Source: an uncultured Verrucomicrobiae bacterium (lineage in GTDB: Bacteria > Verrucomicrobiota > Verrucomicrobiia > Chthoniobacterales > JAFAMB01). From it: 64,000 nt of DNA. Made by a program: the position numbers and the translations under genes. Shown in pieces: positions 42,770-53,458 of this stretch. The stretch's first letter is position 1. Every line of letters starts with the position of its first letter. The stretch is from contig CAWEGF010000013.1 of assembly GCA_963808535.1 (NCBI GenBank), positions 70 through 64,069 on the forward strand. The letters run 5' to 3'. The notes beneath the pieces are model-generated. The model searched no databases. It saw nothing but the letters and a program-made list of their open reading frames with translations, and had not been told where the DNA came from.

Positions 42770-42796
42770 TTAAAGGTTAAGTTCGCGCTGCTCTGC

Positions 42797-43036
42797 TTAA
42801 GCGCCTTTTAACTGTCTTTGTCTACGCTCTCGCCATGCGGACCGATGTTTGACGATCCAATCGAGGAGAGCTCGCTCAAAACCGATATCGTAGCCGGCTT
42901 TTTCGCTTTCGATCCACTTATGGCGCAATATCTCCTCGCGCTCGGCCAAGAACTCCTTGTAGAGCACAGAATTTTTCACCAACTCTGTGGCGTCTTCTTT
43001 AGGGGGTTCCATTTCCTCTTCGGGGAGTTTCAACAT
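42797..43036 (-). CDS. Small conserved hypothetical protein (79 aa)
   Basis: Intact ORF with the HKWIESEKAGYDIGFERALLDWI motif, which I recall from small proteins of several phyla. I cannot name the family with confidence. Confidence 0.4.
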   Translation of the reverse strand: MLKLPEEEMEPPKEDATELVKNSVLYKEFLAEREEILRHKWIESEKAGYDIGFERALLDWIVKHRSAWRERRQRQLKGA

Positions 43037-43095
43037 CTAGGGCACGGAGTCAACCAGAATCTCTGAACCCGCCGACTGGCAGCGTTCAAAACCGT

Positions 43096-44160
43096 TCAAT
43101 TAACAATGGTCGACTCTATCTTTCTGCGTAGTTGATCGGCAATAGTGGCGAATACTTTAGAAACCGAGGAGTCCGGCTTCTCAAGCATAATCGGCATGCC
43201 TCGATCGCCCGCTTCCCTGGTTTCAATATTCAGTGGGACAGATCCCAGCAGAGGTACTTTCAAACGCGCGGCTTCTCGTTCGCCGCCCCCGGACCCAAAA
43301 ATGTCGTAACGTTTCCCGTCGCTCGGAGACAAAAAATAACTCATGTTTTCGATGATTCCGAGAACCGGCACATTTACTTTGGCAAACATGGCACTGGCCT
43401 TGCGGGCATCGATCAGGGCAACTTCCTGTGGCGTCGTCACGATCACGGCACCCGAGAGCGCGACTGTTTGCACCACCGTCAGTTGGATGTCGCCGGTCCC
43501 AGGTGGAAGATCCAGGACCAGATAGTCCAGACCGCTCCAATCTACCTGGCGAAGGAATTGTTGGGTCGCTCTCGTCACCATTGGTCCCCTCAAAATCGCC
43601 GGAGAACCATCCTCCAGGAGCGATCCCATGGACATCAACTTTATCCCGTAGCGCTCCATCGGAATGATGGTGTTATCGCCGGTGGCCATCGGTCGTTCCT
43701 GAGTGGCTCCGAACATCAGTGAGATACTGGGGCCGTAAATGTCACAATCGCAAAGACCAACCTCGGCCCCGGAGCGATCCAGTGCCGCGGCTAAATTTGC
43801 GGCCACCGTCGACTTACCAACCCCTCCCTTTCCGCTGGCCACGGCAATCACGTACTTCACTCCAGTTATTTTCGTGGTACCGGTCTGTCCGCCCGCCGTG
43901 ACGTCAGGAGGGTTCGTAATATCGATGACCACCTTGCTGGAAGTAACCCCGGCGATGGCGCCTAAAACCTGTTCCGATTCTTTTTTCAGAGCTTGGGCGA
44001 TCGCCGGGTTACTGGTCGCTACACTCAGACGAACCAGAAGATCCGATCCGGCAATTTTGACCTCTTTCACCAGGCCGAAACTCACAATATCGCGGCTGTA
44101 ACCGGGAAATTTGACGGCCTTCAGGCGCTCCAGAACCAATTCTTCGGTAAGATGCGACAT
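43096..44160 (-). CDS. apbC: Mrp/NBP35-family Fe-S cluster carrier ATPase (ApbC)
   Basis: N-terminal DUF59-like VKFPGYSRDIVSFGLV. Deviant Walker A AVASGKGGVGKSTVAANLA. DLPPGTGD. ENMSYF. Confidence 0.9.
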   Translation of the reverse strand: MSHLTEELVLERLKAVKFPGYSRDIVSFGLVKEVKIAGSDLLVRLSVATSNPAIAQALKKESEQVLGAIAGVTSSKVVIDITNPPDVTAGGQTGTTKITGVKYVIAVASGKGGVGKSTVAANLAAALDRSGAEVGLCDCDIYGPSISLMFGATQERPMATGDNTIIPMERYGIKLMSMGSLLEDGSPAILRGPMVTRATQQFLRQVDWSGLDYLVLDLPPGTGDIQLTVVQTVALSGAVIVTTPQEVALIDARKASAMFAKVNVPVLGIIENMSYFLSPSDGKRYDIFGSGGGEREAARLKVPLLGSVPLNIETREAGDRGMPIMLEKPDSSVSKVFATIADQLRRKIESTIVN

Positions 44161-44283
44161 AGTTGTCCGACAACCTAGTCCGAACCTTCCGTTTAGCCAA
44201 GCAAGCGACCCAAGAACCGCCCCGTTGCCCCGGTCAGCATTCCCCGCCCACTGCCATGCCGACCCCGACGCGAAATGAGGAGT

Positions 44284-44454
44284 GGCAGGAGTTACAGGAG
44301 TTCAGGAGTTGCAGGATGGGACGGTATTTCGGCGTTGATTCTCTGCTGGTATTTATTCCCGGCTATCTAGCGACTCCTCTGAAAACGTCTCCTCAGAAAT
44401 TCAGTGCCCAGGCACGAACCTCTTTTTATTCTGTAACTCCTGAACTCCTGCAAC
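44284..44454. repeat. Family-4 inverted-repeat element (arms built from CAGGAGTN words)
   Basis: GGCAGGAGTTACAGGAGTTCAGGAGTTGCAGGA at 44284-44316 and CTGTAACTCCTGAACTCCTGCAAC at 44431-44454. A related word string is at 54225-54250. Confidence 0.45.
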
Positions 44455-44551
44455 TTTTCCGCAACCCGCCGAATCGTGATTTTCTTCTAGAACCTTCACG
44501 CGCGCTTGCCCATTGGGTGCTTCCTCTTCCCTCCAGCCCCAGCTTCGAATA

Positions 44552-45349
44552 ATGTGCCTGCAAATGGAGAGGATGCATCTGCCGGAAAAGGCGTTAGTGA
44601 TCGCTCTGGATCACGCGCAAACCCTTGGCGTCGTCGAAGGTCTCGAGAACCCTGGTCAGGTTCTCGACGAGGTAATCGCCGCCGGCGCCGATGGAATCAT
44701 GACTTCTTACGGCGTCGTTAAAAAGTTCGGCTCGCAAATCCTTGGCCGGGTGCCAACCTTCCTCCGTCTCGATGGCGGGCCGTCGATGTATAAAGAGGAT
44801 TGGCTGAAATATACGGAGTGGTCTCTGCTGCACTCCGTCGAAGACGCCCGAGCTCTCGGTGTCGACGGCGTCTGTGTGATGTGTTTTATCGGCGGACCAG
44901 TCGAGCTGCGAACGTTCGAAATTGTCTCACGGGTGGCTGGTGCCTGCCGCGCAGATGGATTGCCGGTCATGGTCGAGGCCTTACCCTGCCTGGATTTGCA
45001 ACGGATTCCGAAACCGCTCTCGCCCGATGCCATGGCCTCAGCCGCTCGAATTGCTTTTGAGCATGGAGCAGACATCGTTAAAACCTATTACACCGGCACT
45101 CCCGAAGGATTTCGCAAAGTCACCCGAAACTGTCCGGTGCCAACGCTTATCGCCGGCGGACCCAAGATGGATACCGAGCGCGCCGCCCTGGAGATCGTCC
45201 ACGGCGCCATGCTGGGCGGGGCCCAAGGTGTCGTGTTCGGACGCAATATTTGGCAGAGTAAGAATGTGTCTCGCGCTATCTCGGCCCTCCGCGCCATCAT
45301 TCACTCTGGAGCGTCCGTCGATCAAGCCATGCAAGAATATGAGTCCTGA
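44552..45349 (+). CDS. DhnA-type class I aldolase family protein (start uncertain, 44513-44558)
   Basis: [22 protein letters not shown], Schiff-base lysine context [17 protein letters not shown] and VVFGRNIWQ. Confidence 0.7.
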   Translation: MCLQMERMHLPEKALVIALDHAQTLGVVEGLENPGQVLDEVIAAGADGIMTSYGVVKKFGSQILGRVPTFLRLDGGPSMYKEDWLKYTEWSLLHSVEDARALGVDGVCVMCFIGGPVELRTFEIVSRVAGACRADGLPVMVEALPCLDLQRIPKPLSPDAMASAARIAFEHGADIVKTYYTGTPEGFRKVTRNCPVPTLIAGGPKMDTERAALEIVHGAMLGGAQGVVFGRNIWQSKNVSRAISALRAIIHSGASVDQAMQEYES

Positions 45350-45508
45350 TTGACCGATCCTCTGGGATTTTGCCTCGATGCCTTCTAGTCTGGCCGGTAC
45401 GCAAAATGCAATCCTCGCCATGCAATCTCTGGACGGCGGACTCGGGATGCGCTTGGTTAGGCAGGCATTCATGCAGATGATTCATTTCTCTTTTTCGGGC
45501 GGTGATCT

Positions 45509-47173
45509 TTGGATGCCGGGTGCCTGGAGGGTCCGGTTGGGATTCGCTTCCCATCGTCCGCCGGACCGAAGTTTGTGAGTCAGCGGCATTTCGAGCCGCT
45601 TTCCGGAGGGCGCTCCAGGATTGATTGGGGGATGATCGCCCTGATGGGCGCGGTATTTGTCGTGGGCCTCTTCTGGTTCACGCGCGGGAACGGTTTCCCG
45701 TCCTTCTATAATCCGGAAGAAGAAATCAGGGCCAGCCAGTTGATCACCGGAGACTGGGATCTCCATCATCCGTTGCTTTCTGCTTTCACGACCAAGTTTT
45801 TGAAAGCGCTCCTCCATGTTCCCAATGAGCTGCACGCCGTGGTTCAACTTGGAAGAACTGTCTCCGCTCTTTTTGCCGTTGGATCGATCATCTGCCTCGG
45901 CCTCTCCATTTACCTGCTCGGAAATCCCGCCGCTGCCGGGTTGCTTTGCTTTCTGCTGCTCTGTCAGCATCAGTTTTTCGATTTGGCCCATACCATGAGC
46001 GAGAACAGTTCGCTGATGTTCGGTGCTGGCCTGACCCTCCTGGCGATCGTCTTCCTGGAACAAAAGGCCACGGTACCCAGAGCGTTGTTCCTTGGTTTCA
46101 GTGTCGCGATCGCCATTTCGGCCAAATACATCGGTGCGCTCTTGTTTATTCCCGCCTTGATTGCGGTTTTTCGCTGTGGGGACCGGGCGCTTCGGGTCAA
46201 CCGAGTCGCGGAATTCTTTCTCGGTTTTTTGTTTACCGTTCTGGTGGTGAATTTTTATGCGGTGACCGAACTCCCTTTAACTGCACTCGATGTCCTGCAG
46301 GATCTTGGCTTGGCGTTGGCCAGCACTTCCGACGGAATCAAAAATTGGGTGCACGGAACCTATTGGCTAGCTTTGTGGCACAATACCACTCCAGCTATTT
46401 GGGTGATGTTGGGCATCGCGCTCACGGTTCTCTGGATTCGGCGTCGGACTTTACAGTTGAGCGAGATCCTGTTGCTCCTGATTCCGCTGGTCTATTTTCT
46501 GTTGCTGCTGTTCGCCCCTTCCGGTGACTTGCGTTTTTTGCCGGTCATCGGATTCACCTATGCGTTAGCCGTTGCCGGCGTTGCTTGGATGGCGGAATTG
46601 ATCTCACCCACTCGGGAAGAGGTGAAAGGATGGTTGCTCCCAATGCTCTTCGCGCTGTCTCTGGCGGCGTGCTTTCTGGAATTCTTGCGAGGCTATCCTT
46701 ATTACGCGGCCTTCAACTCGGACGAAAGACTCGAGATGTTGACGTGGATGGACGGTAACTTGCGGCCGGGAAGCAAGATTATTGCGGACCCGTCTGTACT
46801 CCTGCCGCGGCTTCTGGCGAAAGCAAAACAAAAATATCGATTCGTTCTCCTGATGGATGACTTTCCGAAAGTACTAAGGGATCAACCACGACTGGCCCAG
46901 TTTGCCGCCGCGGGTGCTGATTACGTGGTGGTCTGCAAGTCCGACTATAAAAGCCTGATGACCCAAGCGGTTTCGGTGGCCAGGGTAAACGACGAGTCCG
47001 TCAGTTCAGCCAAGCAGTTCTATTCCGAGCTGTTTAAGAAAGGGACGCTGGTCTGGAGTAGAGGGCTCGGTCCGGTCCCATATCTGCAACCCGGTCTGGA
47101 GATTTATCACTTACCAGTACCCCAGACGAGAACGGCACGAGATTCCGGGAATGCAGAAATCGGGAGCCAGTAA
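45509..47173 (+). CDS. Putative GT-C-fold (ArnT/PMT-like) membrane glycosyltransferase (start uncertain, possibly M at 45632)
   Basis: About 10 predicted hydrophobic helices, the ISAKYIGALLFIPAL motif typical of GT39/GT83 enzymes, and a soluble C-terminal domain. Confidence 0.5.
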   Translation: MDAGCLEGPVGIRFPSSAGPKFVSQRHFEPLSGGRSRIDWGMIALMGAVFVVGLFWFTRGNGFPSFYNPEEEIRASQLITGDWDLHHPLLSAFTTKFLKALLHVPNELHAVVQLGRTVSALFAVGSIICLGLSIYLLGNPAAAGLLCFLLLCQHQFFDLAHTMSENSSLMFGAGLTLLAIVFLEQKATVPRALFLGFSVAIAISAKYIGALLFIPALIAVFRCGDRALRVNRVAEFFLGFLFTVLVVNFYAVTELPLTALDVLQDLGLALASTSDGIKNWVHGTYWLALWHNTTPAIWVMLGIALTVLWIRRRTLQLSEILLLLIPLVYFLLLLFAPSGDLRFLPVIGFTYALAVAGVAWMAELISPTREEVKGWLLPMLFALSLAACFLEFLRGYPYYAAFNSDERLEMLTWMDGNLRPGSKIIADPSVLLPRLLAKAKQKYRFVLLMDDFPKVLRDQPRLAQFAAAGADYVVVCKSDYKSLMTQAVSVARVNDESVSSAKQFYSELFKKGTLVWSRGLGPVPYLQPGLEIYHLPVPQTRTARDSGNAEIGSQ

Positions 47174-47195
47174 CCACGAAAAAAGAGAAGAAAAT

Positions 47196-47409
47196 TTAAC
47201 CACAGATTTCACAGATTACACAGATTAAGAAAGGGGTTGGCGCTTTGGCGTGTTTAGATTTGGCCGAGTAAGGCGCACCACTTAACAAAAAGTCTCTCTT
47301 TTGGACAGCGTCGGCTGAGACAAACTTTTTTATCGCCGATAAACCGTCACCTGCCCAAAAAGCCAAAACCCATTTCCTAATCTGTGTAATCTGTGTAATC
47401 TGTGGTTAA
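47196..47409. mobile_element. Family-1 MITE copy 3
   Basis: TTAACCACAGATTTCACAGATTACACAGATTA ... TAATCTGTGTAATCTGTGTAATCTGTGGTTAA. The flanks AGAGAAGAAAA / TTTTTCTTCTCT extend the inverted repeat. The core aligns with copy 1. Confidence 0.6.
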
Positions 47410-47441
47410 TTTTTCTTCTCTTTTCTCTTCTGCGTAATCTC

Positions 47442-50400
47442 CTAGCGGAAATCATGCGAATCGGCCATCTCGAGTTCCGGGGCGGGTAAGCGCTCAATTT
47501 TTTCCGCTCGAACGTGAATAACTCCGGAGTTCAATTGCAAGATGCCCTCGATTAACAAAAAAGTTTCCTGGGTGATAATGAGCCGGTTTTTTTCGAAAGT
47601 TTGCGGACTAACAATGGCGTTAGAGATACCTGTTTCGTCTTCCAGGCTAATAAAGACAAAGCCTTTGGCGGTGCCTGGTCGTTGACGACAAATCGCTAGA
47701 CCAGCAATCCGCACCCGGATCCCATTTTCGCCTGATGACAGATCCGTGCTGCGCCAGATATCGTTGGGTAAAGAGGCGCGGATATAGGCCATAGGATGAG
47801 GGCCGGTTGTCAGGCGCATCGTAGAAAAATCGGCCGCCAAACGTTCTGCCGGCTGCATCGGCGTCAGGGGAGAGGTTAATTCCTCGGGAATTTCGGAAAA
47901 TAATTCTCCCTGGTAAAGCTCATTTTCGACCGCCCAGAGTGCATCGCGCCGATGCCCGATCAAGGGATTTAACGCCCCGGCTTTCGCCAGAATTCTTAGT
48001 TCATCCCGATCGAACGAGGTTCGTTCACGAAAGTCGTGCAGATTCTGAAAAGAATTCTGTTGTCGTGCGTTGATCATCTGTTCGACGTGCGCCTGGTTTA
48101 TTCCCTGGGTCAGACAAAACCCAAGTCTGAGCAAAAAGTCGGATTCCACCGTGCATAACCATTCGGAATCCACCACCGAGACCGGACGCACTTTAATGCG
48201 TTGGCGTTGGGCATCCTTGATCAAAGTGGCCGGGGTATAAAAGCCCATCGGCTGATTGTTGAGCAATCCCACGTAAAACTCAGCCGGTCGATGCACTTTT
48301 AACCAGGAACTAGCGTAAGTGATCAGGGCAAAACTGATCGCATGCGATTCTGGGAATCCGTACAAGGCAAACGAAGTAATGGCCGAAAGGATTTTGGTTG
48401 CTACTTCGTCGCTAACCTCATTGGCGCGGAGCGCTTGACGCAACTTTTGTTCGACGCGCTGCATTCGTTCCTGGGAACGATGATAGCTAAGCGCTCGTCG
48501 CAGTTCCTCTGCTTCATCTCCAGAAAAATTAGCCATCACCATCGCCATTTTCAGCATTTGTTCCTGAAAAAGTGGTACCCCCAGTGTCCGCTCCAGAACC
48601 GGAACGAGTCGTGCGTCAAGGTAAGTAATCTCTTCTTTTCCTTCGCGCCGTGCCAGGTAAGGATGCATCAGGTGACCTTGGATTGGCCCTGGTCGAATGA
48701 TCGCAACTTCAATCACTAGATCGTAAAATTCTCGCGGTTTCATCCGAGGCAAAGTGGCCATCTGTGCGCGACTCTCGACTTGGAACACGCCAATGGTCTC
48801 GGCTCGGCAAAGCATGTCGTAGGTGTCCGAATCGTTCTTTGGAATTTTCGCCAGATCAACCGGACGTCCTCGCCGATTGCAGATCTCGATGGCATCCTGC
48901 AGTGCCGCCATCATTCCCAGACCCAGCAGATCCACTTTTACGATGCCCAGATCTTCACAATCATCTTTGTCCCATTGGATGACGGTGCGCCCGGGCATCG
49001 TGGCGTTTTCCAATGGAACTATCGCGTCCAGTTCCCCTTCGCAAATAACCATTCCGCCGGAGTGTTGCCCTAAATGACGAGGTAATCCCTGGATGGCGTG
49101 ATACACCTGGAGAAACGCGTTGACTCGAGGGTGATCTGCAGGAAGACCTGCTTGGCGCAATTGGTTATGCGTTTCCAGCGTCTCTGGAAAATCGCCATTG
49201 GCGTATAAACGCGAAAAGCGATCCATGATATCTTCCGGCAGATTCAATGCTTTACCCGTTTCACGCATCGCGCTTCGGCCGCGAAAAGTAATGACATTGG
49301 CCGTCATTGCCGCCCCGAGTCTTCCATAACGCCGATAGACTTCCTGGATCACTTGTTCTCGGCGATCGCCACTTGGCAGATCCAAATCGATGTCCGGCCA
49401 GCCTTTGCGGCCTTCACTCAGAAAACGCTCGAACAGTAGTTGACCTCCTACCGGATCGACGGCCGTAATCCCCAAACTATAACAAACCGCACTGTTAGCT
49501 GCGCTCCCACGGCCTTGAACCATAATGTCCGATTCCTCGCAGTAGCGGACCAAATCCCAGACGATCAGGAAATAACCCGAAAACTCCAACTTTCGAATCA
49601 AAGCTAGTTCGTGTTCAATTTGCGATCGAACACGATCACTGATTTTATCGTAACGTTGCCGCGCTCCATCCCAGACCACTTTTTCCAGGAAGCTATCCAT
49701 GGTTTCCCCTCGCGGTACCGGGAATCTCGGAAACTGATAACCCAGATTTTCCAGCGTGAATTCGATCTCATTGCCCACCGCAACGGTGTTAGCTACCGCC
49801 TGCGGCAAATCTCGAAATAGTTCGCTCATCGCTTCAGCCGGTTTTAGATGACGCTCTGTATTTGGTTCCAGCAATCGGCCTGCCGCATCGAGATGAGTGT
49901 GATTCCGCGCGCACGTAAATACGTCCAGTGCGGTTCGCCGGTCGGAGGTGCCGTACAAGACACCGTTAGTCGCCAGCAGCTTTAATCGGTGGCGGTCGGC
50001 CAACTCGCAAAGCCGCTGGTTTAACCATTGCTCGTTGCGGAGTGCCGACCGTTGAATTTCAACAAACAAATGATTCACTCCAAAAATGTTCTGGAGTGAA
50101 GCCATACATTGATCAGCGCGGGAAAAATCTTCCGCTCTTAAAGCCCGATGGAGAGGTCCCTCTTCATCTCCGGTCAAACAGATCAATCCCTCCCGAAACT
50201 CCGGCAACTCAGACCAGCCAATCGAACTTTCGTTCTTCGGGGAACGGAGTCTGAGCTCGTGATAATAAACGGCATAAGTTTTGGTACCCCTTTCTCGTTT
50301 GCACGAGCACTGGTAAAACCGAACCGTCATCCATTGTTAGTTCGCTGCCGACGATCGGTCGTATTCCACACTCTCGGGCCGCCGTGTAAAATCGCGGTGC

Positions 50401-50568
50401 TCCAAATACCCCATCACGGTCACAGAGTGCCAAGGCCGGCAAGTTCAGGTCCGCCGCTGTAAAAGCCAGATGTTCTGGCGAAGAACTCCCTCGTAGAAAG
50501 CTGAAGGCGCTGCGTGCATGAAGTTCGATGTAGGTGGCTGGTGCCGCGTTCGCCGCTTTCTCAGTCAT
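47442..50568 (-). pseudogene. dnaE2: Error-prone DNA polymerase III alpha-like subunit DnaE2 (ImuC), one frame change at ~50250-50330
   Basis: N-terminal PHP piece 50209-50568 (YIELHARSAFSFLRGSS..). The 962-aa piece 47442-50330 has polymerase core motifs (GRGSAANS, PDIDLD, VIQWDKDD, GLLKMD-like VDLLGLGMM). It overlaps the imuB stop by 8 nt. Confidence 0.9.
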
Positions 50569-52205
50569 ACACCCCCACCACTTCCCACTGATCCCGAAAG
50601 TTTAGTGAGCGAGAGCAATCTTGGGGAGGCTCGGTGGTCTTTCCCTGGTCTTGGTGGGGGTTCGTTGTTTTCTGGGCAATGCGGTAGAGCCCATCGTCGA
50701 GGGCGATGTCCCACTCCTTGGTTTCCCACTGCATGCGATCCCACCAGTCACCAGATAATTTCCAGGGGCCGCGTGCTTCCAGGATTCTCCCCGAAATCAG
50801 ACCGCTTTGTATCAAAACAGGTTTGCCGTCATTCATCTCCACCCGGGCGGAAATCCCAGGGCGATAACGACGCAGACCCGGGCCGGTTTTTGAGCGAGCG
50901 TTTTTTTTGATGTTTTTCCGGGACCAGCCTAATTCCGGCATCAGCATTTGCAGACTATCTGGCCGGTGGGTATCGATTCGTTGGGGGATACCAACCTTTT
51001 CATTGCCAACCAAAGCTGCCAGCCGTGCCAATGTCTGAAAGAAACGATTGGGATCTTTAAGCCCGCCTTGAAACAGGTCAAATTGGTGGCCAGTCGGTCT
51101 GCTCGGAATCACCTCCAGGTGAAAACTAATGACCGGTGCGGTGGTTTGCAGAGTCTCCAGATATTGAGAGGCAATCCCAAATAACGTCTCTACGTCTCGA
51201 GTCGGAGCCGGAATCTGCAGCGTCCGAACCATCTTTTCTGCATCTTCCAGGGTGAGCGTCAGACGCAGCTCAGCGATTAATAGATAAATGGATTCAACGC
51301 GCAGCGATAATCTTTCCAGAAAACGCCGAAGAATAAATAGCAGCGGCTCCAAGGTTTCCAATCGCTGTTCAAAATCGATCGATTCTTCAAATGTCTCCGG
51401 TGGCTGAACCAGTCGCAGCATTTTGGTGGATCGGCCGGCCGCACGATCCCAGAGCGAAAGAGCTTCCAGACCCAGGCGTTGGCCAATTTCTTCCCTTGGT
51501 AACCGAGTCAATGCGCCCAAAGTGCGAATCCCCCAGCTTTTCAAGATATCCAGGAGAAAAGGGGAGGGCGCCAGAGACTCCAGTTCCAACGATTGAAGCA
51601 GGTGGCAATCTTCTGAAATCTCCAGAATTGGGTCAGCAATCTTGGCCGCTTGCAGAGCGATCTCCGGATTGAGGCCCAGCCCGGCCTGGGCTTTGAGTCC
51701 GATCGAGCGAAGCTGGGCCAGCAAATCACGTAGCCACGGTTGATGTTTGCGGATCCTTTTTCCTTTTAAATCAAGGGTGCAAATCCCGGGAGCACTGTTT
51801 TCAATCCAGGGAGAATAACGAGAAACCAGTTGGAGCACCGTATTCTGGAGATGCTGTTCATTCGATGGACTCCGCTTGTACAAAGCTAGTTCCGGAGCCC
51901 TGGCCAGAGCTTGACTGGTGGACATCCCAGCTATGAATGCCGGCGGTTTCAGCAGGGTGATTTAACTCGATCACCTGCAGCCCTTCATGATCCAGAAGAG
52001 CAGCTGGAACAGTAGATGACCCATCATCAATAATGTCCGGTTCTCCGACCTTGGGCATGTCCGTCTCGAGTACTTCAAGAGAGAGTTGATCCAAAGACCG
52101 ATGATTCAAGACAGATTTCTCTAAAACCCGTTTCTGGTGAGCACATTGTAAAGCGTAAAAAGGAATATAAATAACTGCAAAACAGCTTGATACATTATTA
52201 TGCAT
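50561..52205 (-). pseudogene. imuB: ImuB, Y-family polymerase-like protein of the mutagenesis cassette, one frame change at ~51900
   Basis: N-terminal piece 51858-52205 (FAVIYIPFYALQCAHQ..) and piece 50561-51925 (..GMSTSQALARAPEL.., LPREEIGQRLG). It sits between imuA and dnaE2 with overlapping stops and starts. Confidence 0.8.
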
Positions 52206-52836
52206 ATCGATATTCGGGTTGAGTTCGGGAACGGGTTATTTCCAAGGAAAGAAATTTGATTAAATCCATTCGGTGAGCTGATAAGTCATCAATATTGAGC
52301 CTGTACATTGTCGAAACGGTGATTTGTGCGCTGTTCACAATCGGATGACGTGTAATGGCAAGCAGACTGTTCCGGGTACTCTCGATGATCCGCTGAAACC
52401 GATGCCAGGTGGATCCCGGAATTTTTCTGAGTTCCTGGGCCGAGTTCCCTTTAAAATCCAAAATCACCAACGACAGATTGCCATCCTGTAAAAGCAAATC
52501 CGTCGCCTTCAAGGTTTGGAGGACGGTGTGGCAACGAATCCAAAGCAAAAGGGGGTGATCCGCAGCTGGCTCAAAACAATCTTTACTATCGATCAAGGCG
52601 ACATATTGCGAGGCATCCTGCATCGCCTCAATGATTTCATGTAATACCAAGGCTCCCCCGGAACTGATGTTGGGAACCAATAATTGAGTAATGGCCCCTT
52701 TGCGTAAACCCCCTCCTAATAAGGAATCGAGCGGAGGCCATCCAGTAGGGAGATAAAAGGACCCTGAACCGGTGGGCTGAGGATAGCGTTCGGCTAAAAT
52801 CTGGCGTAATTCGATGATCTTAGGCGAAGCAGGCAT
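52198..52836 (-). CDS. imuA: ImuA (RecA/SulA-fold protein of the imuA-imuB-dnaE2 cassette)
   Basis: IELRQILAERYPQ..LPTGWPPLDSLLGGGLRKGAITQL.., first gene of the three-gene operon. Confidence 0.75.
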   Translation of the reverse strand: MPASPKIIELRQILAERYPQPTGSGSFYLPTGWPPLDSLLGGGLRKGAITQLLVPNISSGGALVLHEIIEAMQDASQYVALIDSKDCFEPAADHPLLLWIRCHTVLQTLKATDLLLQDGNLSLVILDFKGNSAQELRKIPGSTWHRFQRIIESTRNSLLAITRHPIVNSAQITVSTMYRLNIDDLSAHRMDLIKFLSLEITRSRTQPEYRYA

Positions 52837-52838
52837 AG

Positions 52839-52852
52839 TGTTCGGACGAACA
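52839..52852. promoter_or_regulatory. LexA-type operator, perfect palindrome TGTTC-N4-GAACA
   Basis: TGTTCGGACGAACA read directly at 52839-52852, 2 nt upstream of the imuA start codon (52834-52836). The pattern matches the LexA motif reported for Verrucomicrobia, as I recall the literature. Confidence 0.6.
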
Positions 52853-53008
52853 CTAATTGATCCACTTTCGATTTCAAGGCCAATTTGGCGTAGAATTCGG
52901 GAGTCCCTTTCAGACTTTACTCTCTAAGATCCCGCTCTCTGCTCCGAGCGGTCAGGAACTAACCGGAATATACTTTTACAAGTATTGTAGACGCCATAGA
53001 TTCCATCC

Positions 53009-53428
53009 ATGTATCGAATGGTTTACGTCAGTTCTGCGACAGCGCTTTTTTCGGATACGCAACTTAAAAGCCTTCTCTCAAAGAGTCGCCAGAATAACAC
53101 CGCACATGGAATCACCGGGATGCTTTTATACAAGGATGGAAACTTTATGCAGTGCTTGGAAGGTCCCAAAGACCTCGTCTTAAATTTGGATGCTAAAATC
53201 AAATCTGATCCCAGGCACCAAGGCATGCTGGTTTTACTCAAAGAGGAAAATGTTGAACCCGAATTCAACGAATGGGCGATGGGATTTAAAAAAATCGATG
53301 CGACCACCTCTTCTGAATTCTCCGGCTATAGCAATTTTCTCGACCTTCCATTAACCAGCGAAGCATTCCAGTCGAATCCCTCGAAGTCGCTCAAACTTCT
53401 TCTCTGCTTTAAACGAGATATGCGCTAG
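53009..53428 (+). CDS. BLUF-domain (blue-light sensor using FAD) protein
   Basis: MYRMVYVSSA..LKSLLSKSRQNNTAHGITGMLLYKDGNFMQCLEGP..LDAKIKSDPRHQ matches the BLUF signature (Y..Y.S, N, ITG.L, Q.LEG, D.RH). Confidence 0.85.
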   Translation: MYRMVYVSSATALFSDTQLKSLLSKSRQNNTAHGITGMLLYKDGNFMQCLEGPKDLVLNLDAKIKSDPRHQGMLVLLKEENVEPEFNEWAMGFKKIDATTSSEFSGYSNFLDLPLTSEAFQSNPSKSLKLLLCFKRDMR

Positions 53429-53458
53429 CCAGAAATCGCAGGAGACAGGAGACAGGAG

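Noticed and set aside
47442-50568. Programmed ribosomal frameshift in dnaE2 (and other single-break genes)
   Set aside because: I saw no slippery heptamer or stimulatory structure at the junctions. About 20 unrelated genes are affected, which fits indel errors or decay better.
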